A stretch of DNA of 64,000 nt from Pristiophorus japonicus. Lineage: Eukaryota. The notes under the pieces are model-generated. The model was not told where the DNA came from. It saw only the letters and a list, made by a program, of their open reading frames with translations, and made no database searches. How positions within the stretch are numbered: the stretch's first letter is position 1; every line of letters starts with the position of its first letter. A program made the position numbers and the translations under genes. The stretch covers positions 57,040,001-57,104,000 of the forward strand of contig NC_091999.1 in the NCBI RefSeq assembly GCF_044704955.1, given 5' to 3'. This document shows, one piece after another, positions 1 to 13,143 of the stretch.

Positions 1-960
1 ATGTAAAATTAAAATCTGACGTGCTAGTTGGAGAAAATGGATTTCTTACCCAATCATATTCTCTACATCCAAAGATGGAAAATATTTTTTGATGTGGTCT
101 TCCAGTGATGCCAAATGCTCTACCACAATAGGTGCAACCTTTTTAACACTGTGATTTGGTATCAAAGGGAACATTTCAAGATTTTGTTTCTGTTGCTCTC
201 TTTTTCTAGGTAGAAATGTTTTTTCTGAAAAGCTAATAGCTTGTCTGTAGAGGTGAGAATGTTTTCATTTCGCCCTTGCATACTGGTATTAACGCTGTTT
301 GGAAAATTAACTGTTGCTGCCAAATATGCCAACTTAGCACACCACATTTCACTCTTAAGGTATTTGCAAAATGTATCATTTCCTTCTTTTTCAAAAAATA
401 CTGACAATTATTCTTTAAGTTCAAATACACGACATAAGACTTTTCCCCTTGAAAGCCATCTTACCTCTGTATGCAAAAGTAAATATTCGTGCTCTGCATC
501 CATCACTTTGCAGAGCTGTTTAAACATGCAAGTTTTTAAAGGTCTTGATTTCATATAATTTATGATATTAACAACTTGATCAAACACAGATTTTAATTCT
601 AGCAGTAATGTCTTTGTAACAAGTGCTTCTCTATGCAAAAAGCATTGGGTGAATAATATATTTGAATTATGTTTTTTTGCAAGCGTAATGAATCCTTTGA
701 CAAATCCCACCATAGACTGAACACCGTCCATGCAGATTCCAACACATGAGTCCCATGAAATGTTCAAGTCTTCTAAATAAGAATTCACGGAATCAAATAT
801 GTCTTCACCTCTAGTATTTTCCGGGAGTTCTATTCAGCAGAGAAATCGGTTAAATATCTCGTTTTCATGAATGAAGCGAGCAAATGCTAACATTTATCAC
901 TAATGTCGGTGGACACCTCGAGTTGCACAGCAAAATTCGAGTTTGTAAGTTTCTTGGCTA
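1..960 (-). mobile_element. Degenerate hAT (Buster/Charlie; FAM200/ZBED8/SCAND3-like) DNA transposase fragment
   Basis: ORFs 408-788 and 162-407 are contiguous in one frame, separated by a stop. They carry hAT motifs: CVGICMDG, CFLHREAL (CxxH), LLLHTEVRWLSRGKVL, LAYLA. The upstream segment FAVQLEVSTDI matches the FALQLDESTD catalytic motif with the Asp lost. Cut by a CR1 fragment at ~960. Confidence 0.88.
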
Positions 961-1290
961 CATGTTCCCTATATCCCTTGCTTTTTTCCTCCTTCAAGTA
1001 TTTGTACAATTTCTTTTTGAAGGAAACGATTGAGTCTGTATCTACCACCCTATCAGGCAATACAATACAAATCCTAACCAGTGGTTGCATAGAAAACTTC
1101 GTCCAAATATCGCCTCTGGTTCTTTTGTTAATCACCATACATCTGAAACAGTTTATATTTATTTACTCTATCTAAATCGTTGATGATTTTAAACAGCTCT
1201 ATCAAATCTCTTCTTAGACTTCGCTCCTCCAAGGAGAACAATCCCATATTTTGCAGTCTCTAAACATTAACTGAAGTCCCTCATGCTTGG
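960..1290 (-). mobile_element. Old CR1 LINE 3' fragment
   Basis: Minus-strand translation LPDRVVDTDSIVSFKKKLYKYLKEEKSKGY resembles the CR1 ORF2 C-terminus. A paralogous stretch lies at ~20100-20430. Confidence 0.7.
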
Positions 1291-1456
1291 GTCTAATATT
1301 GGTTGGGAAATGTCGGAGTCCATTAAATAAGAAGCAGTAGCAGGACATTTGAAAAACAAAATTCGGTGAGGCAGAGTCAGCATGGATTTATGAAGGGGAA
1401 GTCGTGTTTGACAAATTTTCTGGCGTTCGTTGAGTATGTAGCGAACAGGGTGGATA

Positions 1457-4400
1457 GAAACATAGAAACATAGAAAACAGGTGCAGGAGTAGGCCATTCA
1501 GCCCTTCTAGCCTGCACCACCATTCAATGAGATCATGGCTGAACATGCAACTTCAGTACCCCATTCCTGCTTTCTCGCCATTCCCCTTGATCACCCTAAT
1601 AGGAAGGACTCCATCTAACTCCCTTTTGAATATATTTAGTGAATTGGCCTCAACAACTTTCTGTGGTAGAGAATTCCACAGGTTCACCAGTCTCTGGGTG
1701 AATACGTTTCTCCTCATCTCAGTTCTAAATGGCTTACCCCTTATTCTTAGACTGAGACCCCTGGTTCTGGACTTCTCCAACATTGGGAACATTCTTCCTG
1801 CATCTAATCTGTCGAAACCGGTCAGAATTTTAAACGTTTCTATGAAGTCCCCTCTCATTCTTGTGAATTCCAGTGAATACAAGCCCAGTTGATCCAGTCT
1901 TTCTTGGTAGATCAGTCCCACCATCCCTGGAATCAGTCTGGTGCACCTTCGCTGCACTCCCTCAATAGCAAGAATGTCCCTCAAGTTAGGAGACCAAAAC
2001 TGTACACAATACTTCAGGTGTGGCCTCACCAAGGCCCTGTACAACTGTAGCAACACCTCCCTGCCCCTGTACTCAAATCCCTTCGCTATGAAGGCCAACA
2101 TGCCATTTGCTTTTTAAACCGCCTGATGTACTGCATGCCAACCTTCAATGACTGATGTACCATGACACCCAGGTCTCGTTGCACCTCCCCTTTTCCTAAT
2201 CTGTCACCATTCAGATAATAGTCTGCCTCTCTGTTTTTACCACAAAAGTGGATAACCTCATATTTATCCACATTATACTTAATCTGCCATGCATTTGCCC
2301 ACTCAGCTAAAGTATCCAAATCGCTCTGCAGCCCCATAGCATCCTAATGGCAGCTCACACTGCCACCCAACTTAGTGTCATCCACAAATTTGGAGATACT
2401 ACATTTAATCCCCTAGTCTAAATCATTAATGTACAGTGTAGACAGCTGGGGCCCCAGCAGATAACCTTGCGGTACCCCACTAGTCACTGCCTGCCATTCA
2501 GAAAAGTACCCATTTACTCCTACTCTTTGCTTCCTGTCGGACAACCAGTTCTCAATCCACGTCAGCACACTACCCCCAATCCCATGTGCTTTTACTTTGC
2601 ACAATAATCTCTTGTGTCGGACCTTGTCAAAAGCCTTCTGAAAGTCCAAATATTCCACATCAACTGGTTCTCCCTTGTCCACTTTACTGGAAACATCCTC
2701 AAAAAATTCCATAAGATTTGTCAATCATGATTCCCCTTTCACAAATCCATGCTGACTTGGACCTATCATGTCACCTCTTTCCAAGTGCGCTGCTATGACA
2801 TCCTTAATAATTGATTCCATCATTTTACCCACTACTGAGGTCAGGCTGACCGGTCTATAATTCCCTGTTTTCTCTCTTCCTCCTTTTTTAAAAAGTGGGG
2901 TTACATTGTTTACCCTCCATTCGATAGGAACTGATCCAGAGTCAATGGAATGTTGGAAAATGATTGTCAATGCATCCGCTATTTCCAAGGCCACCTCCTT
3001 AAGTACTCTGGGATCGAGTCCATCAGGCCCTGGGGATTTATCGGGCTTCAATCCCATCAATTTCCCCAACATAATTTCCCAACTAATAAAGATTTCTCTC
3101 AGTTCCTCCTCCTTACTAGACCCTCTGACCGTTTTTATATCCGGAAAGTTGTTTGTGTCCTCCTTAGTGAATACCGAACCAAAGTACCTGTTAAATTAGT
3201 CTGCCATTTCTTTGATCCCGGTTATGACTTCCCCCGATTCCGACTGCAGAGGACCTACGTTTGTCTTTACTAACCTTTTTCTCTTTACATATCTATAGAA
3301 ACTTTTGCAATCTGCCTTAATGTTCCCTGCAAGCTTCTTCTCGTACTCCATTTGCCCTGCCCTAATCAAGTCCTTTCTCCTCCTCTGCTGAGTTCTAAAT
3401 TTCTCCTAGTCCACGGGTTCGCTGCTATTTCTGGCCAATTTGTATGCCACTTCCTTGGCTTTAATACTATCCGTGATTTCCCTTGATTGCCACGGTTGAG
3501 CCACCTTCCCTTTTTTATTTTTACGCCAGACAGGAATGTACAATTGTTGTAGTTCATCCATGCGGTCTCTAAATGTCTGCCATTGCCCATCCACAGTCAA
3601 CCCCTTAAGTATCATTCGGCAATCTATCCTAGCCAATTCACACCTCATCCCTTCAAAGTTACCCTACTTTAAGTGCTGGAGCATGGTCTCTGAATTAACT
3701 GTTTCATTCTCAATCCTAATGCAGAATTCCACCATATTATGGTCACTCTTCCCCAAGGGGCCTCGCACAATGAGATTGCTAATTAATCCTCTCTCATTAC
3801 ACAACACCCAGTCGAAGATAGCCTCCCCCCTATTTGGTTCCTCGACATATTCCTTCTGCACTCCAGGAAATCCTCCTCCACCGTATTGCTTCTAGTTTGG
3901 CTAGCCCAATCTATGTGCATATTAAAGGCACCCATTATAACTGCTGCACCTTTATTGCATGCACCCCTAATTTCCTGTTTGATGCCCTCCCCGACATCAC
4001 TACTACTGTTTGGAGGTCTGTACACAACTCCCACTAACGTTTTTTGCCCTTTGGTGTTCTGCAGCTCTACCCTTATAGATTCCACATCATCCAAGCTAAT
4101 GTCTTTCCGAACAATTGCATTAATCTCCTCTTTAACCAGCAATGCTACCCCACCTCCTTTTCCTTTTATTCTATCCTTCCTGAATGTTGAATACCCCTGG
4201 ATGTTGAGTTCCCAGCCCTGATCATCCTGGTGCCACGTCTCCGTAATCCCAATCGCACCATATTTGTTAACATCTTTTTGCGCAGTTACTTCATCCACCT
4301 TATTGCGGATACTCCTTGCATTAAGACACAAAGCCTTCAGGCTTGTTTTTTTAACACCCTTTGTCCTTTTAGAATTTTTCTGTACAGTAGCCCTTTTTGT

Positions 4401-6194
4401 TTTTTGCCTTGGGTTTCTCTGCCCTCCACTTTTCCTCATCTCCTTTCTGTCTTTTGCTTTTGCCTCCTTTTTGTTTCCCTCTGTCTCCCTGCATTGGTTC
4501 CCATCCCCATGCATTTTTAGTTTAACTCCTCCCCAACAGCACTAGCAAACACTCCCCCGAGGACATTGGTTCTGGTCCTGCCCACGTGCAGACCGTCTGG
4601 TTTGTCCTGGCCCCAACTTCCTCAGAACCGGTTCCAATGCCCCAGGAATTTGAATCCCTCCCTGCTGCACTCTGCTCAAGCCACGTATTCATCTGCGCTA
4701 TCCTGCGATTCCTACTCTGACTAGCACGTGGCATTGGTAGCATCCCGAGATTACTACTTTTGAGGTCCTACTTTTTAATTTAGCTCCTAGCTCATTAAAT
4801 TCGTTTCGTAGGACCTCATCCCTTTTTTTAACCAATGTCGTTGGTACCAATGTGCACCACGACAACTGGCTGTTCTCCCTCCCTTTTTAGAATGTCCTGC
4901 ACCCGCTCCAAGACATCTTTGACCCTTGCACCAGGTAGGCAACATAACATCCTGGAGTCTCGGTTGCGGCCGCAGCAACGCCTATCTATTCCCCTCACAA
5001 TTGAATCCGCTATCACTATCTCTCTCCCACTCTTTTTCGTGCTCTCCTGTGCAACAGAGCCAGCCACGGTGTCATGAACTTGGCTGCTGCTGCCCTCGCC
5101 TGATGAGTCATCCCCCCCAACAGCACCTAAAGCAGTATATCTGTTTTGCAGGGGGATGACCACAGGGGACCCCTGCACTACCTTCCTTGCACTACTCTTC
5201 CTGCTGGTCTTCCATTCCCTATCTGGCTGTGGAACCTTCTCCTGCGGTAAGACCAACTCGCAACACGTGCTACTCACGTCATTCTCAGCATCGCGGATGC
5301 TCCAGAGTTAATGCACACTCAGCTCCAATTCCGCAACGCGGTCCGTCAGGAGCTGGAGGCGGATACACTTCCCACACACATAGTCGTCAGGGACACCGGA
5401 AGTGTCCCTGAGTTCCCACATGATACAGCAGGAGCATTACACCCAAGCGAGTTCTCCTGCCATGAATTAACACTTAGATACACTTAAATTGGCAACAACA
5501 ATGTTAAAAGTTACTGACTGATAAAAAAAAAGAAAAAGCAAAGCTACTCACCAATCACCAGTCAATCACTTACCTCCTAGGCTGTGACGTCAACTTTATG
5601 TTCCTTTTTTTTCCTTCTCCCTGTAGCTGCACAAGTACGCCTGTATAGGCCTCTGCTGATCCCCGGACTCACGCCTCAGCGACCACGAACTCCCGCTACC
5701 TCTCGCGGCCTTTATAGGCCTCTGCTGATCCCCGGACTCAAGCCTCAGCGACCACGAACTCCCGCTGCATTTATAGGCCTGTGCTGATCCGCGGACTCGC
5801 GCTGCCTCTCGCGGCCTTTATAGGCCTCTGCTGATCCCCGGACTCCCGCTGACTCTCGCGGTCTTTATAGGCCTCTGCTGATCCCCAGACTCACGCCTCA
5901 GCGACCACGAACTCTCGCGGCGTTTATAGGCCTCTGCTGATCCCCGGACTCACGCCTCAGCGACCACGACCTCCCGCTGCCTCTCGCGGCCTTTCTAGGC
6001 CTCTGCTGATCCTCGGACTCACGCCTCAGCGACCACGAACTCCCGCTGCCTCTCGCGGCATTTTATAAGCCGCTGCTGATCCCAAGACTCACGCCTCAGC
6101 GACCACGAACTTCCGCTGCCTCTCGCGGCCTTTTATAGGCCTCTGCCGATCCCCGGACTCACGCCTCAGCGACCACGAACTCCCGCTGCCTCTC
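1457..6194 (-). mobile_element. Full-length CR1 LINE (5' UTR monomer array, esterase ORF1, APE-RT ORF2), inactivated by stops and frameshifts
   Basis: The tail reads ATAGAAACATAGAAAC on the + strand at ~1454. The ORF track gives RT pieces (1553-3072), endonuclease pieces (3406-4514, LCLNARSIRNK) and ORF1 (4828-5277, IVIADSIVRG...HIGTNDI). Flanked by GGATA at 1452-1456 and 6195-6199 (TSD). Confidence 0.93.
5638..6194 (-). repeat. ~69-bp tandem monomer array (about 8-9 copies, some shortened) forming the CR1 5' UTR
   Basis: Unit GGCCTTTATAGGCCTCTGCTGATCCCCGGACTCACGCCTCAGCGACCACGAACTCCCGCTGCCTCTCGC. Each unit has CCTATAAAGG on the element sense strand. A CRE TGACGTCA lies at 5585-5592. Confidence 0.9.
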
Positions 6195-8144
6195 GGATAA
6201 AGGGGAACCATTGGATAGGGTTCTTTGGACTTCCAGAAAGCATTTGACAAAGTGCCACATAAAAGGTTACTGCACATGATAAAAGATCACGGGGCTAGGG
6301 GTAATATATTACCATGGATAGAGGATTGGAACAAAGAACAGAGAGTCGGGACAAATGGTCCATTCTCTAGTTGGCAACCAGTAACTAGTGGCATGCCGCA
6401 GGGATCAGTGCTGCGACCTCAACTAATTACAATCTACATTTACTACTTGGAATAAGGGACTGAGTGTAACGTAGCCAAGCTTGCTGGCGATAAAAAGATG
6501 GAAGGAAAAGTAGTGTGTGAGGAGGATACAAGAAATCTGCAAAAAGACATAGACAGGCTAAGTAAGTGAGAAAACAATTGCCAGATGGAGTCTGATGTTG
6601 TAAAATGAGAGGTCATGCACTTTGGCCGAAAGAAAATAAACAACATTATTATTTAAATGGAGATAGATTGCAATGTGCCGCAGTACAGCGGGACCTGGGG
6701 TTACTTGTGCATGAAACACAAAAGGATAGTATGCAGGTATAGCAAGTGATCAGGAAGGCCAATGGAATTTTGGTCTTCATTGCAAAGGAGATGGAGTATA
6801 AAAGCAGGGAAGTCATGCTACACCTATATAAGGTATTGCTGAGGCCACATTTGGAATACTGCGTGCAGTTTTTGTTTCCGTATTTACAGAAGGATTTACT
6901 TGCTTTGCAGGCAGTTCAGAGAAGTTTCACTAGGTTGATTCTGGGGATGAGGGGTTTGACTTATGAGGAAAGGTTGAGTAGGTTGGGTCTCTACTCATTG
7001 GAATTCAGAAGAATGAGAGGTGATCTTATCGAAACGTATACGATTATGAAGGGGCTTGACAAAGTGGATGCAGAGAGGATGTTTCCACTGATGGGGCAGA
7101 CTAGAACTAGAGGGCACGATCTTAGAATGGGGGCACCCATTTAAAACAGATATGAGGAGAAATTTCTTCTCTCAGAGAGTTGTAAGTTTGTGGAATTCGC
7201 TGCCGCAGAGAGCTGTGGAAGTGGGATATTGAATAAATTTAAGACAGATTTGATCTTTTCTTAAACGATAAGGGGATAAGGGTTTATAGGGAGCGGACGG
7301 GGAAGTGGAGATCAGTCCATGGTCAGATCAGCCATGATTGTATTGAGTGGCGCAAAAGGCTCGAGGGGCTGTATGGCCGACTCCAGCTCCTTTTTATTAT
7401 GTTCTTATGTGCTTATCATTTACTAAATCTCCTCTCCTCTTAACCTTTTCTGGTCTAAGGACAACAGCTCCAGTTTCTCTAGTCTCTCCATATAATTTCA
7501 ATCCTCCATCCCTGATACATTTCCAGTAAATCTCTTCTAGATCCTCTCGGAATTCTTCACGTCCTACCAAAAGTATGGTGCCCAAATTTAGACACAATAC
7601 TCTAACTAGGGTTTCCAGTCATTCATCCCTGGTACCAATCTGGTAAATCTCCCCTCAACCTTCTCTGCTGTAAGGAGAACAACCCCAGCTTCTCCAAGTC
7701 TGGCCACGTAGTGAGAGCTTGCGTCCTACCATCCCGTGCACACAATGCAGCGAGCTCCAGGCTAGCGCTGGCCAGTCCTCAACAGCGAAATGACGGAGGA
7801 AAAAAGAGCAGCTGAAAGCCGACGATGTCTTGTAATTTTTAAAAAATTGTTAACTTATTTTTTTTATTTAAAAAAGGAAATATATCGTGACTGCCGCAGC
7901 CAGAACTTCGACCCAGTGACAGTTCCCCAGCCAACTACCTCTCCTGAAAGGTAAGCATTTTTTTTCTTGTCTGTTTTTTTCGGGTGGGGGCTTCAATATA
8001 TATATTTGCCATCGCTCTGTCTCTTATTTGTTAATACATATGAAAACCCGCTGAAGGAATTGTGTGCAGAAAATTCCAGCTGGGGAATCGTCATCGATGG
8101 AAGCAGAAACTCTGCAAAGGGAACAATAATAATCGTTTGGACTG

Positions 8145-8350
8145 AGGGAGGAAAGAGTGGAGGGTGGAGTGGAGCAAGGGAGGGATGAAGTGATGGAACG
8201 GTGGAGGGATGGGCGGAGGGAGGGAGGGATGGTTGCAGGAAGGGAGCGCTTGATAGAGGTAGGGATGGAGGTATGTACGGAGGTAAGAATGAAGGGAGGG
8301 AAGGAAGGAGAGACGGGTGGATGGCGAGAGGGATGATGGGGGAAGTGATG
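8145..8350 (+). repeat. Purine-rich (GGAN)n low-complexity tract
   Basis: GGAG/GGAT runs. Paralogous tract at ~21017-21320. Explains the Pro/Ser-rich spurious ORFs. Confidence 0.85.
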
Positions 8351-8709
8351 GAGTATCTCCCAATTTACCCCATCAAAACTCTTCATGATTTGGAACACCT
8401 CTATTAAGTGGCCCATAACGTGCTCGTCTCTAAGGAGAACAATCCTAGCTTCCAGTTGCTTTGATGGTGCAGCTCAAGTTCCGTGAGTCCTTCTACCTAA
8501 GGCACATCCAGATGTTCCTTGCGGAGTCGGTGTCACTTTTATATCGAACCAGTGGAAATCCCAGTGTGAGAATGACATCCCAGGCAAAATAAGAGAATTC
8601 GCCCCTGAAACTAAATAGATCGCTATAAGACTGGGCTCAGGCCCTGAACTTCAGACACGATGAGCTGAATATGAACATTTTAAAGTACACGCTGTTAGAT
8701 GTTCAAGGC

Positions 8710-9160
8710 TCGGCTCAGTGGGTTCACTCTGGCCTGCGAATCAGAAGGTCACAGATATTAATCCACACTCCAGAAACCTGAGCCAATAATCTATGCCGAC
8801 ACGCCCGGCGCCAGTACTGAGGGAGTGCTGCACTGTCAGAGATAACGTCTTTCGGGGCAGACAATAAGTTGAGGATTCAACTTTCTGCTCAGTTGGATTT
8901 AAAGGATTCATGGCACTATACTGAAGAGCACATGAGTTCTCCAGGGTTTCCAGTGCAAATATTTACACTTCAACCAACATCTGAAAAACAAATTATCTGA
9001 TCAATATTTCATGCTCTTTGTTGGAGCTTGCTGCACACACATTGGCTGCCGCGTTTCCTACATTACAACAGTGAGCACACTTCCAAAGTAATTCATTGGC
9101 TGTAAAACAATTTGGGACATCATGAGGTCAAGAAAGTCACTATATAAATGCAAGGTGTTT
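8710..9160 (+). mobile_element. tRNA-derived Deu-domain SINE (SacSINE1/AmnSINE-like)
   Basis: tRNA-like head GGCTCAGTGG...AGAAGGT, Deu core CAGTACTGAGGGAGTGCTGCACTGTC, and 3' end CTATATAAATGCAAG. Confidence 0.78.
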
Positions 9161-9984
9161 CTAAATGTCAACATTTGTAAATACAAGTTGCGATATGTGA
9201 AAAGCCCAGATATTAATGTGATTGTAGGACACTCCTCTGGTCACCCATTTTACTTGTTTATTTTCAATGGTTTAAATCTTCCACTAAATGGAGATCCAGT
9301 GGAATAGCAGCCTTTTCAGAGATGTTCCATTAATTTTGGCAGTAGAGCTGTCAGAACTGAATTATTCATTTTACTATATATTCCTTTGGTATGAATGACA
9401 TCTGTTCTAATTGAACAAAACTGAAGCAAACCTCACTGTTGGGAGAATTTTCTATTAATGTTGTACCAACTTTCAATATTTTTAAAATAAACACTTGTTG
9501 TGAGAGGAGACGCATCAATAAATAACTCTGTTGATCTGATTTTACAGCCATGAACATTTCATGGGACCCAGTGAGTCGGTTATGTAAATAAACACAGCAA
9601 TAGAAGTCCCAGATTAGAGTATTGAGTGACAGAAACAATTTAAATGTTTCCCCACCAACACAGCATAGAAATAAACAGAGAAATAAATGCAAATTTCTTA
9701 ACGGATTCCAGTAGAAATTTTTTGGGGGGGCATTTCTCTAAATTATAGGAGAATAAAGTAAAGATGATACCCATGGACAGAATGGGGAAAGATCCTATTC
9801 ACCGCCTACAGTAACATCACAAATGTGTAAGTGGAGATTCCCTGTATCCTCTCCCTCTCCTATTCCTACTTTTCCTATTGTCTCTCAAGAATGGATAATT
9901 GGCCATCTCCCACAACTAGATATTAAAATCTAACAAAAGTTTTCCTTGAACCCTAATGTTACGCCTCGAATCAACTTGATTGGA

Positions 9985-10335
9985 ATGCGTAGAGGGAGCT
10001 TTAACCAAGATGTGACCTGTGCATTAAACTACCTGGGATTATTTAAACTGTGCTCTTCCTGCCCCAGTGTTTGATGGGACAGTGTAGAGCTCGCTTTACT
10101 CTGGATCTGACTCGTGCTGCACCTGCCCTGGGAGTGTTTGATGGGACAGAGTCGCGGGAGCTTTACACTGTATGTAACCTGTACGGTACCTACCTTGTAA
10201 GTATTTAATGGGACTGTGTATAGAGTCCATTTTTCTGTATCTAACCCGTACTGTACCTGTCCTGGGAATGTTCGATGTGACAGTGTAGAGGTCGGTTTAC
10301 TCTGTATCTGGCACATGCTGTACCTGACCTGTGAG
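9985..10335 (+). repeat. 67-bp satellite (CTGTACCTGCCCTGGGAGTGTTTGATGGGACAGTGTAGAGGGAGCTTTACTCTGTATCTAACCCGTG)
   Basis: About 5 diverged tandem copies. The same unit occurs at ~22800-23020, ~38700-39120 and ~55680-57020. Confidence 0.85.
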
Positions 10336-11269
10336 TTACAGTGCTTAGTGCATTAATAACGATGACAGGGTCAAATTTAACAGAAGCAGAGACATTGTCT
10401 ATTTTACTAAAGTGAAATGATGGGTCTAGAGTAATATATACAGCGTCCGTGTCTAGTTTAATATTAACAGAGACGGGGACTTGTGTAATAGAATCAAAGG
10501 CATTGCCTATTCCAGTAATATATGAGACAGGGCCTAATACAATATTAATAGTTCTATTACTGTAATAACTGAGGTAGGGCCTAGTGCAGTAATTGCTGAT
10601 ACAGGGACATTGTTTTATTCATTCCTGTCATGCGGGGGTGAGAGTCATTCGGCCCATATAGAGCATGCCGCTCTCTGCAAGAGTATTTCAGCTGGTCCAC
10701 TCGACTGCCCTTTCACGTAGCCCTGTGATTGTTCTTTCTTCAGGAACATATCCAATTCCATGCCATGATTGAATCTGTCTCAGCAATCATTCAGACAGTG
10801 CAATCAAAGCCAACATTAATTGCCTATCCATAATAGGTCTTGAGAAGCAGGTTGTGAGCTGCCCCTTTGACCCGCTGTAGACCGTGTGGTGAAGGCACTC
10901 CCACAGTGTTAGAGAGCGGGTTGCACGAATTTGACCCAGCGATTATTAAGCAATGGTAATAAATTTCCAAGTCAAGATGGTGTGTGATTTGGAGGCGAAC
11001 TTGGAGGTGATTGTGATCCCAGGAGCCTGCGGCCTTTGTTCTTCTAGGTGAAAGAGGTCGTAGGTTTGGAAAGTGCTGTCGAAGATGTCTTGGCGAGTTG
11101 CTGCAATGCACCTTGTGGATAGTAATCACTGCAGACATGGTGCGCCGGTGGTGGAGCGAGTAAATTTTTAACGTTGTGGCAGGGGTAATATAAACTTGAA
11201 GAGGGTCTCGCATAGTAATACCTGAGACAGTCCCTGGTGTATAGAATTATAGAATTATGGCACAGAAGA

Positions 11270-12380
11270 GAGTCATTCGGCCCGTATAGAGCATGCCGCC
11301 CTCTGCAAGAGTATTTCAGCTAGTCCACTCCCCTGCCCTTTCCGGTAACCCTGTGATTGTTCTTCCTTCAGGAACTTATCCAATTCCATGCCATGATTGA
11401 ATCTGTCACCACCACTCTTTCAGGCAGTGCATTCCAGATCCTAATTTTTCCACATGTAAATTTAGGTTGTTCTGCAATTGTGATAAATCTGTATCCTGTT
11501 CTCGACCCTTCCGCCAATGGGAACGGTTTCTCTCCAGCTACTCTGTCTCGACCCCTTATGATTCAGAACACCTCTATTTTGTCTCATCTCAAAATTCTGT
11601 GCTCTAAGGAGAACAACCCCAGCTTCTCCAGTCTATCCACATAACTGCAGTACCTTATCCGTGGAACCACAAGTAAATATTTTCTGCACCCGCTCTAAGG
11701 CGTTCACATCCTTCCTAAAGTACGGTGCCCAGAATTGGACACAGTAATAGGTTGAGGTCGAAACCGTGTTTTACACAGGTTCATCATAAATTCTTTGCTT
11801 ATATATTCTATTCCTCTATTTATGAAGCCCAGGATCCCATATGTTTTTTAAAACACTTTCTCAACCTGCCCTGCCACCTTCAAAGATTTTTGCATATATA
11901 GCCCCAGGTCCCTACGTTCATCACAGCTTTTAGTATTGTACCCTTCAGTTAATGTTCCTCTCTTCGTTCTTCCTACCAAAATGTATAACTTCACACTTTT
12001 CTGCGTTTCATTTGCCACGTGTCCGTCTATTCCACCAGCATGTCGCTGTCCTCTTGAAGTCATCACTATCCTCCTCTCCTCACTGTTCACTAAACTTCCA
12101 AGCTTTGAATCGTTTGAAAATGTTGAACTTGTGCCCAGTACACCCGAATCCAGGTCATGAATATAAATCAAGAAAAGCAATGTTCCTAGAACCAGCCGCT
12201 GCGAAACACCACTGTATACCTCCCTCCAGTCCAAAAAAAACCCACAGCTCTCTGACTCCTGTCACTCAGCCAATTTCATATCCATGATGCCACTGTCCCT
12301 TATATTCTATGGGTTTCAACTTTGCTGGCAAGGATATTATCAAAGCACTTTATCAAATGCCTTTTGGAAGTCCATCACAT
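11270..12380 (-). mobile_element. Degenerate CR1 RT/3' fragments
   Basis: ORF 11848-12234 (VYSGVSQRLVLGTLLFLIYIHDLD...KSLKVAGQVEK). Paralog at ~24320-25180. Confidence 0.75.
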
Positions 12381-12865
12381 CAACCAAAAAAACTGAGTCT
12401 GAGTCTACTGCAGTAAAAACTGCGAAGGGGTCTGGCGTAATGAGAGAGACAATAAGTCCGATAGTTACAGATTTATTAACCTCATGCCAGGTACAGGTGA
12501 AGTTTCATGCTTACCATCACTTGCACCAATAATCATACACTTGACGTGTATATCAGCGGATTCTGTGTGATGGTGAGGTGATCACTGGACAATAAAGCGC
12601 TGAGACTGGTGGCTGGATGCTCATTATTCTCGGTGTGATTTAATCCACTTTCCCACTGAATACTGCGGACATACATGGTCAACTTGATAACAGAATGGTC
12701 AGTGTGACATCGCTTTCTAAAGAAGAGCAAGCAAGACAATGTGTTATCAATAAATGTTAAAGGTATTAAACGATCTGCAATTAGCTGTTAAATAAAATAA
12801 AATGCTGAAAAATAATGGTTGGAGCTAATAGTTTACCTTTGTGGAATGCACTTGCACACCTTATG

Positions 12866-13143
12866 NNNNNNNNNNNNNNNNNNNNNNNNNNNNNNNNNNN
12901 NNNNNNNNNNNNNNNNNNNNNNNNNNNNNNNNNNNNNNNNNNNNNNNNNNNNNNNNNNNNNNNNNNNNNNNNNNNNNNNNNNNNNNNNNNNNNNNNNNNN
13001 NNNNNNNNNNNNNNNNNNNNNNNNNNNNNNNNNNNNNNNNNNNNNNNNNNNNNNNNNNNNNNNNNNNNNNNNNNNNNNNNNNNNNNNNNNNNNNNNNNNN
13101 NNNNNNNNNNNNNNNNNNNNNNNNNNNNNNNNNNNNNNNNNNN
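12866..13143. other. Assembly gap (N run), probably a (CA)n tract
   Basis: Ns. The paralogous position in the second copy (~26150-26275) is a CA-rich microsatellite between the same flanks. Confidence 0.85.

Larger units (their letters stand above)
1300..7417 (+). mobile_element. Older CR1 LINE (RT region to 3' tail), split by a nested younger CR1
   Basis: RT sequence (QHGFMKGKSCLTN...RVD) stops at 1456 and resumes at 6195 (DKGEP...DFQKAFDKVPHKRLL...RPHLEYCVQF). It ends in a TTCTTATG-type tail near 7395-7417. Confidence 0.85.

Noticed and set aside
5638-6194. Regular repeats resembling a CRISPR array
   Set aside because: Eukaryotic context, no unique spacers, no cas genes. It is a LINE 5' UTR monomer array.
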